From: Podarcis vaucheri
Lineage: Eukaryota
Direction: 5' to 3' (one strand)
DNA: 64,000 nt
NCBI GenBank assembly: GCA_965113315.1
Contig: OZ220368.1
A model generated the notes under the pieces. The model was not told the origin of the DNA. It saw only the letters and a list, made by a program, of their open reading frames with translations, and did no database searches. Shown here piece after piece: positions 12,511-26,456 of this stretch. Made by a program: the position numbers and the translations under genes. Each line of letters opens with the position of its first letter. Position 1 is the first letter of the stretch.

Positions 12511-12751
12511 ACTCAACAAGTTCAAGGCAGTGGTAAGATTCAAAGCATTAGCTTCCTGTTTCACAGTCTTTAAAAATGTCTTTTTATTATAAAGAAAAAT
12601 AATACAAAGTATGCTTTCCGTTGCAATTGCAGGCTATGTTTCCATTGCAATTACATTTTTTAAAAAAATCAAAATAAGCTTGAACTGGTATTACAAAACT
12701 GAAAAGCAGTTATAAATATTTATGTCAATGTTATATTTAAGCAGAGAAATT

Positions 12752-12773
12752 AATAAATCGGCGCCACAATAAA
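12752..12773 (+). terminator. Candidate WNT2B polyadenylation signals (tandem AATAAA)
   Basis: AATAAA at 12752 and 12768, AU-rich upstream and U/GU-rich downstream (tgtcttttgttttctctc). Would give a 3' UTR of about 4.4 kb. Other AATAAA occur at 8653 and 10147. Confidence 0.45.
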
Positions 12774-15700
12774 CTTTCCCCCTGTCTTTTGTTTTCTCTC
12801 TCAGTGTCACAGTTTATGTAACTTGGCATTTAGGCAGGGGGCCAAATTTTAGTAATCAACTCTTTCATAGAATATATTTTATGCACTTCATCCTTTTTCT
12901 GCAGTTACAATTTTAGCAGTCATCAGCAAACCAGAAATTAGGCAAACCATAACCATTAGGATTCCCCTCTCAAATTTCTAACTATCTTACATAACAAACA
13001 GCAGCAGTTCAGAGCCTATGAAATGTTGCTCACATTGTTTCTTTTACAATGTTATCTCAATATGCCTGCATCTTACAGCACTTCCACCACCTACGAATGA
13101 AGTATGTACAAGAGTAGTTGCATCTCAAACTCCTCATGTATTAGATTAATTTAGGGAGAAATAAGATACCAAACACATAGAATCTTCTTTCATGGGAATA
13201 TAAAACAAAGGAGAATTGCTTTTGGTAAGGGTTTTGGGTGGAATTGAACATAGTATTATTACAAATTTTCCATCTGCACAAGCGTATCATCTTGCTAGAT
13301 GGAACACCCCCCCCCCCCGCAGTGTCTCTCAACTTGTCCCCAGAGCCAATTTGGGGTGGGCACATGGGGGAGGGGGGAGCAGCATTGCACAATTGGACGC
13401 TTCCACTCATAAGACTTGTTAGCTGAAACCCGCCCTTTGTATCAGTCTGCATCACTTATTGCAATTTCAAGCATTTTCTCCCAATCTTGTTTTTAATTAC
13501 CTCTTACATCACAGTCAGGGGTACCCCAGAGGTAATCTGTGACCCTCCAGATAGTACTTGTCTGCAACTATTATCATTCCTGGGCATTGGCTTAGTTGAC
13601 TGTGGCTGACGAGACACAACCACCATCAGTCCCAGCCAGCATGGTCAATAATTGGGGGTTATGGGAGTTGCTACAATGGAACAGTTTCTCAAAATCAGTT
13701 ATGTTACTACTCAGTGTGCTGGCTCTTCCTGTTCTGATCACCTAATCATTCCAAATTGAAAACAGTGAAAGCCCATTCAGATCCTCCTTCAGCCATCATT
13801 CCTTGATATCTCACAATTCCATTTTTAATCTATTTGGAAGACTTGGCTACAATTTTAAATTGTGAACGGTTTATTGAAGTTTTGGTTTGCAATATTTCAC
13901 TTGCAGTCCATTTGGACATGGGACTTCTGATAGCCTCGAATTTTTTACATTCTATAGGAAATTTCTGACATCCACATTTGGAATGATATTGCTTCTTACA
14001 TTTGTTCATCAGATGTGTATCCATTTATGGGGGTGGGGAGGCAAAACTCAGCACACTCACAGCTCCAAGAGTGATCATTCAGTCTAACTGATTTCTGTGA
14101 AGGTCTAATTCGTTCAATACTTTGGAATTAAAAATGGTTCTTATGTATTAAAGGGTTTAAAGTTATCTCTTGTGCTAGTTATTGCTTGCTCTTATTTTGT
14201 CTTTTATTCAGCAAAGCTGATAACTGAATAAAAGAATGCCAGGACAAAAAATGCTTTTCTGGCACCCCACACAATCTGTCAATCTACTTCAGATGAGTAC
14301 TTAAAAAAGAAGTATTTCTGCGGTTTCTGTATAACCTCATGTCCCTAATCGCATGTGTAGATCTCTCAACCAATATCAACGTGCGGTACTTTGTATAAAG
14401 AGGCTGATGCAGACCAATCTATGCATGCAGGTGCATGATCAGAAATTTATCTTGGCAATCAAGATCCACTTGAGAGATATGTTGTCACATATTGCTCACC
14501 TTTACCAGGATTATAGCAATCCTAGAATAACTTTCAACAGAGCAAGAATAATTTCTAGGTGAAGGTTTACATTCCATCACTACTTTGAATTTTGTTATTA
14601 TATGACTCAGAGAAATGGATTCTCTTACGATTCCATGTGAAGCAACATCTATTGCCTGGGTATTGGTTAGAATACCTTGCGGGATGTTTTCGTTCCTGTC
14701 TCTAGTCATAATGTGCTTTTGCCCTTAATGTCATGTGCTTCAACAGGATTTGGAAGAGCATCCTGTGCAGCTTCTCTATTCCTATTCAGTACCACTTTGG
14801 CTTATGTTCAACAGAGATTTTGATGGGAAACACCCAATTTATACCGGAGTCCATACTTAAGATTCATTAGAAATTTAATTGCTCCTTTTTCATAAAGTTA
14901 TGCTGGAGAGAAATCTTAACTCAGCTCAGAAATCCAGGGGATCCAAATTCTGGTTCATCAAAAAGTCATTGTTTCAAATCTTGTCATATAGAATTTCTGA
15001 TTCTAATTGAGACCAGAGCCGAAAATACAAGAACAATCATATTGTGGCAAGTGCCCTACTAAACGCTACTGAAAATGTGTGGGAAGAGCTGGTCTGCATC
15101 AGCTCCCTCTTATGCTCTAAGATTTCCTAGGAGTGCTACCGGTCACAGCAAGGAGTTATTGTTGCAAAAGAAGCTCTGTGCTGATGGCTGGTTCTGCACC
15201 AGACTTGGACTTTGTCAGGTCATCCATCCCATCACCAGTGACACTTGTATGCCCTCATGGCCTTCTTGGGATCTTCCTTCCCCATCCTGTTTGCTGCTGC
15301 ATTAGCAAAATGAGTTGCCAAAGTCAGGCATGTCTGTGGTCACAGTGCCATTTCTAGAACAGTTGACACATTTCAATGTAAATTCACATTAGTTGGTCCC
15401 AGTTGATCCACACTGCATTTTCATATGCTGCTTTTGAACAAAACCCAACTATTAAATACTTTATTTTCAACCATAGACAGCCGTGCTGTTGCTTAGTCAA
15501 GTCTCACTGCCAAGGAGGACAACAGTCAGACCACAATATCCAAAGGGAAGATGCAAAGAACTGATAAGTATTTGTGGACTTTAGACTCAGTACACTGCCA
15601 TTCTGCTTACGTTTTCCATCAGTGATCTGGGAACAGGGACTGCCCTTAAAATATAGGCCACCTGACAAGCCTACTGCCCTCCACGACCGTGGAAATTACT

Positions 15701-17699
15701 AAATTATATATACAAACATTTTTAAAATTACAGTTCTGAAATATATTTCAGTGAACAAGAAAATCGTTGGATCAAATGCCATGAACACACAATATCTACT
15801 GAAGCTACTCTTTTAGCCTCAGCCTGCTCATCTGTAATATGGGTATAACATGAACTTTACAGGCTTGCTATACAGACCAAGATAGTGTATAGGTAGTTTC
15901 TCTAACATCTGGAAAGTGTAATATGAATGCCAAGGATTCCACTATTGTGGTATTAAGATTTTGCAGCAGCTCCAAAAACCCGGTCAAGTTTGTATTTAAA
16001 TTTTGGCCAGCTGCAGGCTGGTGCCTTCAGTTCAGACCGTCCAAATCCCTCCAGCATCTACAGATTACGTGGCTTGTACTCAGGTTTGCTTCTCCCCTCT
16101 CCAAATGGCATTACTAGAATTTCTGAAGGTGAAAGGGGAGACGAGAAGTTGAACTCAGCCCAGAGCCTTTCAAGCTTGCCCTAACAGACATGTTCATCAG
16201 CACCAAGATCTAATCTGCCGGGAAGAGCTCCCTTCATTTATCTTCATTATTGCCTCACCTGCCATCAATTTAAGACTTAAACCTTCACAACAAAACAAGC
16301 CTCCCCCCCCCTTCCCGGAGGGTAATGCTCGCTCAGTGGTCTGGAAAGGACCTCAGTGCTAAAAAAGAAAGAAAAAGTGCTGAGGGGCAACAGCCGTGGA
16401 TGAACACTTATTCGTCCTTGCAAAACTGCTTAGCAGCTCCCCTCTGGCAGGAATACCAGTGCTGAGGAGGCTTCCAGACCTTCTTGATGAGTGACAGAGA
16501 ATTTGGGAAAGTGGGGTGGGGTGGGGTTTTAAGATGCCTTGCTTCATAAACAGTCCTGGACTACTTCTTCTGAGCCTCTGTGTGTGTGTGTGTTCAGTAA
16601 GCAGCAGAGGTAGTTAAGGCCTCATCCTAAGGCCTCATCCAATACAGCCTGTCTCTGCAAAGGTGTGAGGGAGGGCAATAGTTCTCTCCAGCAGCTGCGT
16701 ATTTTGGTAATTTCAGGAGCATTAACACTGAAGGAGGACTCATTCAGGGACAATGTGGTCCTCAAAGCCCATGATGCAATGCTGGTAATAAGTTGGTCGA
16801 GAAAGTGGGGAAAATAAGGTTGCTGTCCCTTAATGCTTCCAGTGATGGCAGCAGTTAAAGCGTTTTTAAAAAGCAGACGGTAAGGTGAAGAGATAAGGTG
16901 AAGATTTTGTTATCATGGAGCAACCATGAAAACAGAGTCATAGTCAGAGTCTTCACACATAAGTAATTTTTGGTACAATAAATATGCAGTTGTTTGTCGC
17001 AAGGAATCCTGAAGTCCTCCAAAACACTTCATGCTTCTGTTGCAAGGGAAAGAAAATTACATTTTCCAAACAAAACTAGGAAAATGCAATTATCCAGCCC
17101 CTGCCCCGCCCCCGCTCATACTATGATTGTAAATGATGTGTGGAATGCAGTTGCCAAGTGAGTCACAGGCATTTGATTAAGTCCACTTTTTATGGCTGCT
17201 GAGCACTTCCCCAAAGCAACAGAAAGTGGTAATCCAATTTAGAAGTAGCAACCTTCAAGAAGGGGAAGGGCCATCACTTTGTGATAGAGCCCACAATTTG
17301 CATATGGAAAACGCTGTGCTCAAGTTCTCAAAATTTCCAGGAAAGAATCACAGGGAGCAGCCCAAGGAATGTCCTTGATGGCCAATCAGTGTTGAATTGT
17401 GCTCATGTGTGCCATACAATTTCCTTAATCAGGTGGGTGGGAAGAGTGGTTTCTATAGGGAAATTACACAGCAGGGGAATAGTTAAACTCACCATTGCCC
17501 TAATATACAGTCCTGATCAGTTGTCCCTCCCCAGCCAGCTGATTTTTACAAATAATAATGATGAACAGGGCTTTCTTTCAGCCAGAACTCACTTCCAGCA
17601 CCTCCCTGGTGGGCACAATTGCCATTCTGAGAGGAAAAGGACGGTGTTCATGGTGAGTTCCAGCACTTCTTTTTCTAGAAAAATAGCACTGATAATGAG

Positions 17700-18018
17700 A
17701 TGATGATGATGATGATAATAATAATAATAAATTTTATTTATATCCCGCCATCCCCAGCCGAAGCCGGGCTCAGGGCGGCTAACAACAATAAAACAGTACA
17801 AAAGTACAGCATAAAAAACACTCTAAAATCATTCATTATAAAATTAATTAATTCAAGCCACTGGCAACTATTGGGCCAGAGCTCCACGAAGATTGCCGAG
17901 GGAGGGAGTCAGGCTGTGCCCTGGCCAAAGGCCTGGTGGAACAGCTCTGTCTTGCAGGCCCTGCGGAAAGATGTCAAGTCCCGCAGGGCCCTGGTCTCTT
18001 GTGACAGAGTGTTCCACA
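17700..18018 (-). mobile_element. L2-clade LINE 3' end with (ATG)n/(ATA)n tail
   Basis: Simple-repeat tail followed by tttatatcccgccatccc...cagggcggct and gccaaaggcctggtggaacagctctgtcttgcaggccctgcggaa; CpGs retained. Confidence 0.75.
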
Positions 18019-19110
18019 GAAATCCAATCACAGATCTTCAACATCCTGCCAAGTTGGGCTCTCAGAAAACTGAAAGTAGACAGGCTAATGGTCTCCCCAC
18101 ATAAGGCAGGTTTGTATATTCAAATGCTAACTTTGTCCAATAAATTTGCTTCTACTATTGTAAGGGGGAGGCAGAAGGGACAAATTAGCCATCCCTTTTA
18201 AAAGGACTCCCTTAATTGGTAAATCTAATAACATTCAGAACTCCGTACGTGCTCTCTTACATAATGTATCTGCTGTACTCAATTTTCCACTGAACGTGCA
18301 CATTTCTCTTTTAAAAAGCAGATGTTTTCTATCTAGTGGAGCTTTTAAAAGGGGATGAGCCTTGTCAGAGATTCTGTTCCACTCACAAACCCTTCCTAAG
18401 TGATGTGTATTGTGTCTAGAAGAATCTCCACAGAAGATCATGTTCTAATAATCTTTAAATCTGCCATGTATGATATAGAAGGCTAGCGGGAGAGTTAATT
18501 GGTTTAAGAATGGATCACAGAGAACTGGGATGGAACAGTTGCAGTGAATTACACCAGTTCCATCTGAAACAGAACGTGTGGGATACAAGTCAGGAAGATG
18601 CAGATGCAGTCTTTCAGAGCAGAAGATGAGTGAAGCCAAACGTGGGCCACAGCATGGGCACCTCTTGATAAAGTTGCCAGCTTCTTTATAAACATGTGCA
18701 GCTGTTTAAAGCACAGGGGCCGACAGACAAAAATTAGACGCTGAATTAGAAGCAGAAGCTTTCCTCACTGTTGCTTCTCTGCATGCTAGGAAAAGCTTAT
18801 TGATTTGATTTTCTGCAGAGTAGTAGTAAGCCTAATCATAAATTATGGCTCCAATCCCACTGTTGTCACGGGCAGCTAGTCTCATAAACAACTATTGAGT
18901 CCAGTGGTAGACAAACATGTAAATATGTATCCAATGATTCATCAGACCAGCTCATTAAGTCTCAGATGAACAGTATGATGAAGATGGGGATTATTTCATT
19001 AGTCTATATCTGCATTAGCAATTTATGTTGCTGGATATCTTCCTTGCTGGATAAGGATATTAGATTATGCTCCTTGCAAAACCATTGGTGTGTCCTTCAT
19101 TCCTGTTGTA

Positions 19111-19610
19111 CTTTTGCTGTGTCCAGTTCTGAACACCACCATTTAAGAAGTATATTGGCAAGCTGGAGCGTGTGCAGAGGAGCGTGACTGAGATGATCAA
19201 CAGTCTGGAATCCAAACCTTATGAGGAACGGTTGAAGGAATTAGGTATGTTTACTTAGCCTGGTAATGAGATTGAGAGGAGATATGATAGTCATCTTCGA
19301 TTATAAAGGGATGCCACATGCAGGATGGAGCAAGCTTGTTTTCTCCTGCTGCAGAGGCTAGGGCCCAAGCCAATGGGTCCAAGTTACAAGAAAGGAGAGT
19401 CCAACTAAACATCAGTAAGAACTTTCTGACAGTAATAGCTGTTTGACAATGGAAGAAACTCCCACAAGAGGTTGTGGCCTCTCCTTCCTTGGAGGTTTTT
19501 AAGCAGAAGCTGGATGGCCATTTGTCATGGATGCTTTAGCTGAGATTCCTGCATTGCAGGAGGTTGGACTATATGACCCCGGTATCCCTTCCAACTCTAC
19601 AGTTTTATGA
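19111..19610 (+). mobile_element. CR1 LINE 3' ~500 bp
   Basis: Degenerate ORF2 end (gtccagttct...aagctggagcgtgtgcagagg...ccttatgaggaacggttgaaggaa) and 3' end ccttccaactctacagttttatga. Confidence 0.9.
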
Positions 19611-20517
19611 ACTGTGATAATCATTTAGTCCTATCTTTCTAATCTCCCTTTCATTCTGCAGGAGCTAACAGGGAAGAAGAGAAATGAAGCCATTTCATGT
19701 TACAGAGGGAAAAAAGGACTTTCTGACTGGTTCAGTAAATGGAGATGATCAACTCTTCTCCTGTGCCATAAATTTAGCAATGAAGTGTTACCCGCCTGTT
19801 TAATCTGTGCCAGCAAAAAAAGTTTAACCTACAAAAATTCCCTGTGCTAGACTGCTTGCAGAAGTACAGGATCAAATGGAAGAGAGGGATGAGAAATTCT
19901 CAGCAAAGTTTAAAGGCTCACACTTGGATATATTCAAGATTAAAATTACAAAAGGAGGAGGGGAATAAAATCCACGTTAAGAACATTTGATGCTGCTAAT
20001 TTTTATTTCTCGTAGTAATTTACTGTAGCAATGACAAACTGCCATCCTTTTTTAGTTTTAAAACAGGAAGTTGTTTAGTGCCTTTGGCATCATGCAGTCC
20101 ATTTAACTGTTTACAGCCATTCAACTTAGTGAGCTGTCAACATACAGTGTTTGAGGAATAGTCAGAAGTAGAAACTACAAAAAAGGTTGCAGCATGGAGG
20201 GCTCTTGCCCATGGCTCTGACCAGCCATGCCTTCTAGGAATCTCCATTCCATTTGCCTATTCTTCCCCGATTTTTGCCTCCGCACTCCAGTCAGCATTCC
20301 ATGGCCACTTATAAGCTCTGTCATTATTGGGCTAGACTTTTTTTTGGAGGGTGCCATCTTTTCCCACCCCGTTTTTTTATTATTATTATTTCTGCGAACC
20401 CTGGGGCTTTACCAATCACTTTGCTACCTCCCTTTTCTTTTTCAGTGTGCCTGTTTTAGCTACAATCCTGTTGGCGTTCACCCTCTGATTTAGTCACTAT
20501 TAGAGGGAGATGGTGAC

Positions 20518-20542
20518 TGTGTGTGTGTGTGTGTGTGTGTGT
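20518..20542. repeat. (TG)12 microsatellite
   Basis: Read directly. Confidence 0.97.
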
Positions 20543-22121
20543 AGAGGGAACCTCTTGAGTAAAAATAAAACAATCCTACTGGAATTTTCTTAACATGTGT
20601 CCATTGCTACTGGAATGTGCACATAAGCCCTTGGGTCCTTGTTCAAATAATAATTTTTTAAAGTGACTAAAATAAGTCTCTGCTTTTGGGAGGGTTGCTA
20701 CTACTAAATCACCACATCAGTGCGGTGTACATATTAACAGCCCGCTCTCTTAAGCATTTCTTAACAGCTTTCCACCCACAGCAGGAATTCTGCTTCACAC
20801 ATGCTAATAGTTGCTAATTTTCCCCTTGAGGGGGGTTAGATCTCTGCAATGAAAAGGGATGGCTGCTGGTCCAGCCCCTTGGGGACAATTTATGGGACAT
20901 TTGAACTAATATTTGTCTAACCTGCCACGACCTGTGTGGGAGAGGATTTTTTAGACACAGCCTTCAAGTGCATTATTACTGCACAGGAGACAGGCCAGAC
21001 TGACCCAGCCAGCAGCAGCCAGGGGCGGTGACTGCTGTGGAAAGAGGGGGATGGAATTGTTGTCTTAAAATCTTGGCTGATGATTCAAGGCAGGGAAATG
21101 CGACAGTCCCCCAGCTGGCTGCAGCAAGACTGAAAGGGGGTGGGGGAAACAGTCAATGCAGACATCAAACCTGTAGACAGTAAACCAGCACTTAATTTGT
21201 TAATCAGCAATAGCTTCAGGTAAGCTAGCATGGTTTCTTTTTAATATGCAGTTAACTTGTATTCATTTATAAATAGCCTATGAGAGAAAACAGATTGCAT
21301 AAGCAGAGTCTACAGATTCAGGAATTTCAATTTGGACACATTGGCTGGTGCTGGCAAATGCATGAGGATACTATTACATGCAGAAATATCCATGAGGCCT
21401 CTGTGTGAGAAACCTTTTGCATTCTCACAAAGAAATGCAAGAGAATACAGTATTGGTATTGACTATTTTTCAAAGGGCAGTACAGTACAATTCCTAGTGT
21501 GACTAGCAAGTTCCACAGAAGAATGTAAGTGGGAGAGTGTCCTCTAGAAGTTTTGAACGACAACTCCCATCAGTGGGTGTTTGTGAGGTAAATTGATGTT
21601 AGCTTGTTTCTTTCTTGAAGTACCGCTGGGCAAGGTAGTGGAATATTTTTTGAAAAAGAGAGCAGAGTATGAGAAAACTATTTCACCTCTTTAATTCAGG
21701 TTTGGTGCAATGGACAACTTACACCAGGGCCACTGCTGCCTGTGTTGAGAAATTGCCAGCAGCTGAATTCTTCCAAGGTGCTTTCTTGAGGCAAGCTGAG
21801 TTTTGGTGCTACTTTGAGAAAACGAGTAAAGCAGCAGGCCTAGTCCCACTATTATGCAGACTGAGGCAGCAGCTTCAGGTGGCAGTAGTGGGGAGCAGGA
21901 AGTGATAGCAAGGTGTTTGGAGGACAGAGCTGTATTTGCCATATGGCTCTGTTCTTCCAAGTTAGCCCGATGCCTTCTGGTGCAGTGGAGGATGTGAGAT
22001 TTCCAAATTGATCGCCTACCAACATTGATGCAAGGCCCATTGAGCACATGCCCAAGACTCTCACTCCATGTAGAACCTACAATGCAGGACCCATTGCAAT
22101 ACTGTTGTCATATTATGTGTA

Positions 22122-22348
22122 CAGTGATACCTCTGGTTACAAACTTAATTCGTTCTGGAGGCCTGTTCTTAAGCTGAAACCATTCTTATCCTAATGGGGT
22201 CTCCTGCTGCACGTGAGGCCTCCACCGCGCAATTTCCGTTCGCATCCTGGGCCAAAGTTCGCAACCAGGAGCAGCTACTTCCAGGTTAGCAGAGCTCGTA
22301 ACCTGAAGCATTTGTAACCAGAAGCGTTCGTAAGTAGAGGTACCACTG
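22122..22348. mobile_element. Tc1/mariner (Tigger-like) MITE
   Basis: TIRs cagtgatacctc / gaggtaccactg with TA on the left; same family as 32481. Confidence 0.88.
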
Positions 22349-24452
22349 TTCTGCCTGATAGATGATGCTTCAGAAAACATACAGCTTACCTGCAGTGGGA
22401 ACATGCAAACCTGATGCTCACCCCTATACTCCACTGTATGTACAGCATACAATGAAGCTCTGTGAACACAGTGGTTACAATTCTTTTTCTATCAGCAAAT
22501 CACAGTCTACAACTCCTTGATTCCATCCCATCCTTGAAATGATGAGTAATGTTTATTGATAGTCATGAGAACCATGTAAATATCTCATCACTGGTGGGCA
22601 CTCTACTAATTTGAGTTCTTCAGGCTTCCCAGCTAAAGGCCTGCTATCCTCCATATGAAAGGCGGACATGTGAAACACCCCTTCCAGCTTGCAATTCTGT
22701 GGATTCAACAATTGCTTCTTAAGTGAAGAATAACCTTCAGGCTCAGCACATATGTAATAAGCAGAGACAAATAAGTTCAGCTACCACCGCAGAATTACAA
22801 CACTAGAGAACAATTTGCTGCATTCCTTCAAAGGCCTGTATGAACCCAATCTCCTAAATAAGTACCAGACACCAAGTGCTCCGTAAGCAAACAGAGCCCC
22901 CGAAGTGCATAAATGAAATAAGTAAAAAGCTTCACATTACATATAAACCAGCCGTTTGCACCTTGTTATTAATGGTCTTGACTGTGACCTCTGAACCCAG
23001 CCTTGCTTGGAGTCACGAATCCGCAAGTCTTGGCACCTTTGCAATAATTCCTAAATGCAGGAGAAGAATAAATAAAACTGTCCAACTTTAAATTAGATCC
23101 AATAAAACAGAATTTAGTTTCAAGCAAAACTGCATCATGAAGCTCTTTCATGGAGGAACTCCATCCAGAGATGACTGGCTGCCTGAAAACACTGCAAAAA
23201 AACAGGCCAGTTGGCTTGGATTATTTGGTTATCAATTTATTTTAAAAGAAAGAACATTCTTGGTATTATCTGAATTGGCCACTATACTGAGTGGGGTAAG
23301 GGAAGAATACTATGAGTTAAGAGTAACCAGCAGAGAACAACCTGATCCCCATTTTCCGATTGCTGTTCACGGTATGGGAGCTGCATGGCCCATTAGATCC
23401 TTTAGCAACCCTTTGTATCTTTGACCCTAAGTGTGCTGATAAAACCACCTGGCAGGCATTCAAATAGGGTTGCTGAGAACTAATGGCATCAGTGTTGTGG
23501 CATTAACCATGGTTCCCTATTATCTTCCAGGCATTATACAGGGTGCTGTTTAAAACTTACAAGTCCTAAACTTCTGAACCCTGCATACTTACAGGCTGCT
23601 TTACCCCCTTAGATTTCTTAGCTACTTCCAGTGTCAACCCAAAGTATGCCTTTGCCTTTATGGTGTGCTATGTCTGACTATCAAAGTGAAGCGGAGAGGC
23701 ACTTTCAGAAGCTGTCCCGCAAAACAGTGGAACTCTTTTTCCTTACATATATTGCTAACTCAGAGCTTCAGCATCTTCACCAGAAGAACAACAAGAATCA
23801 AGGTAAACACTTGTACAGTAACACACATCACCAGGAAATAAATCTTAAGCATGTGTGTTTATGTAGGTAGCATGTGCCACTTGAAACACATCATGGCAAA
23901 GCACCTTGCCAAATGCTAGAATTTACTGGTGAAGGTTAGGAGAAACTTACATATCAAAAAGCAAGGATTGCAAAATTAAGCAAAGACTTTTTTTAAAAAA
24001 AGCCAATTCTACTCTCAGTGAGGAGCACAATGTGAATGCTATGCATACATTTCTAAGCTGCAATTGAAAGGCATTGCCAAAGCAACATGAAATGCTAGAA
24101 GGAACTAAGACTCCAGAAAGAAGAAAAGCTACCATTCTGTGCACACTTAACTGGGGGCAAGTCACATCAAACTTTTGGGGGTTTAATTCCAAGTAAATAT
24201 ATGTAAGATCAAGCAGTTGAGAGCTAAAAGCTACCCCAGGGCACAGAGAATTGCATTGGAACTGGAATGCACACACTGGAATGCAGTTTTGGAACATTCA
24301 TAAAGAAGGCTTACACATTGGTTAAAATGATCTCTGGCTTTTTAGCACCATTCTCAGCTGGGCCAGTTGCTCCACATTTCAATGTGCACAACTGAGTATG
24401 TCATGGAACAATGTGGATAAACATGGCAATGCGTTTTACCAGATAGCAGAAG

Positions 24453-24456
<4 letters not shown>

Positions 24457-24500
<44 letters not shown>
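24457..24500. repeat. (AC)22 microsatellite
   Basis: Read directly. Confidence 0.98.
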
Positions 24501-24503
<3 letters not shown>

Positions 24504-26389
24504 GTCTTATGGGAGCCACATAGGCTAAGAATTGCTGCCAGGACTACATTCACCACAAGCTCATCCTACTCTAGTACACTCATGTCAAAGAAGAGACAGT
24601 GAGAAAAACCAGCTCTAGGGAGTGATACATGGGAGGCTGTGCTTCATTTATAACCCCACACATATGCTGGAAAAGGTTCAACTTTAAAAAGCATTATATC
24701 GCTTACCTTATGGGCCCCTGTGGATGGTGAAGTGAAACTGCATGAGCACAACATGTCTATTAATCATCACAGCGATACCAGCGTGAGAAACAGCCCCTGT
24801 GGCTTACGTTCACTTGGAAGAAAACGTAGAGAGTTACCTCCTGGTAGCTGAATAGTTCCAGCAATTTGTATCTCTTGCTTTCCTGTGTTGTCATATATGA
24901 ACGCAAGTATCAGTATAGATGGGGTGGTGGGTGATAAGGTTGCCATGTGCCTTCTATTGAAAATATATGTATCTCTAAAATGAGGGAAAGCACAAAATGT
25001 ACCGTAACTGAGAATGGGCTTCCGGATTTTGAGCTGTTCCCGGCCTTTCAAAATTAATATATGGAATGGGGTGAGACCATAAGTGTTGGCAACATTTAAA
25101 ATCAATGTCTCAACAGGCAGGGGACCCATGATCTATAAATCATCTGGGAAGTGGTACTATCTTATGCTTCAAGATCAACAGCCAACCTCTGTGCAAGGAC
25201 TCACTGAAGACAGATATACACGTTTCTTTCTATTTTGGGGGCAATGCATCTTTTGCTGAAGCATTCTTCCCTCATTAGAATAGATGGGGGTGTCCTTTGA
25301 CAATACCTCTAATTGCAAACTGAGAAACGCATGTGCCAGCCAAAGTCACAGTGCCATCATTTAAAAGTTTAGGTTTCACAGTTTACCCCTACAAAGCTGC
25401 CATTTGGAACAAAGTCAGAACAGGGGGTTGGAATATCAGATCTGAGCTGTGCTAATGCTTCTGTATGATCATAGGTCAAGGCAAGCATCAATTTTGTCTG
25501 CTGCAATTAGAATAAATTCCTCCCAAGGTATCAGTCTCCATCAAGCACTACAAAGTTAAGCAATCCCAGAAACAGTTGAAAGCACAAGTGACAAAGCCCA
25601 CTTGTTAAGCTCTGATTTATGACTCACTGAATGGTAAATGTGAAACAAAACAATTCAGCTAATTTAATCCCTTAGAAGAGGGAGGACCTGGACCAGTTGC
25701 TGGGGTGGACATGTTTGTAATAGAATATAATTTGGCTTGAAGGACATGTAAGTGACCACAGCAATGTGATGATCATGAATTTCTACCCTGCCCCATCTTG
25801 AGGGGTGAGGTAGCATCATGGGCCATGAATCCATGTACTCTGCAAGGTAGCTGTAAGCTCGTTAAAAATCAGCATCACAAGAATGTGGTGACCAATCTGA
25901 GAGGTCATATACTCAGGGTGTTTTAGATCAGGGGGCGGAACCCAGTAATTTGTTCCACCAGCACAGGGATTTCTACTTGTGGTACTGAACTCCCACTTTC
26001 CCTGTGCGTATCTTGTGCCCTCCTCCAATCTGCTCCAGAGGTTTGGGGAAAGCCTCAGAATAGATTTAGGGGGCAGACAGGAGGAGGAAAGCAGGGAGAT
26101 TTTGTTGCATGAGCAGAAATCCTCAGTGGTTCCACCCCCTCTGTGCTGCTATCCATTCACCTGCTTTCTTGCTTTGGGCCTAACCTGCACAGTTAGGGCA
26201 ATAATAGGAGAATGACAAGGTGAATGGCTGCTCCTGTAATTTATCATTTGCTCAGGAGAGGACAGGTGAACAAGCAGCGACAGCAAGAAGCAGGAGCAGC
26301 AGAACTAGGATTCTCTGGCTGTTGTCTGTGGGCTACTTGGGTGTGGGCCTCAGCAAATGCCCAGTGATTCCAACACCACTCCTGCAGGT

Positions 26390-26456
26390 TTTATTTTTTG
26401 TTAAAAAACATTTACGCACAGAAGGCAATTTCAACACGCAGTCTATCAGATTTATT
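26390..26456 (-). terminator. Candidate ST7L polyadenylation signals (two AATAAA)
   Basis: tttatt on + at 26451-26456 and 26390-26395, about 290-350 nt past the exon 15 stop. Confidence 0.5.

Larger units (their letters stand above)
12095..12550 (-). mobile_element. MIR/CORE-like SINE interrupted by two hAT MITEs
   Basis: ctgcaaggtaggtcagtattatcatctctatagcacagctgaaggactaa...gcttgcttaagacc [MITEs] agttcaaggcagtggtaagattcaaa follows the reverse-complement CORE-SINE layout. Confidence 0.55.

Noticed and set aside
13690-15060. Endogenous viral or transposase relic in the intergenic unique sequence
   Set aside because: The short ORFs on both strands show no motif I recognise.
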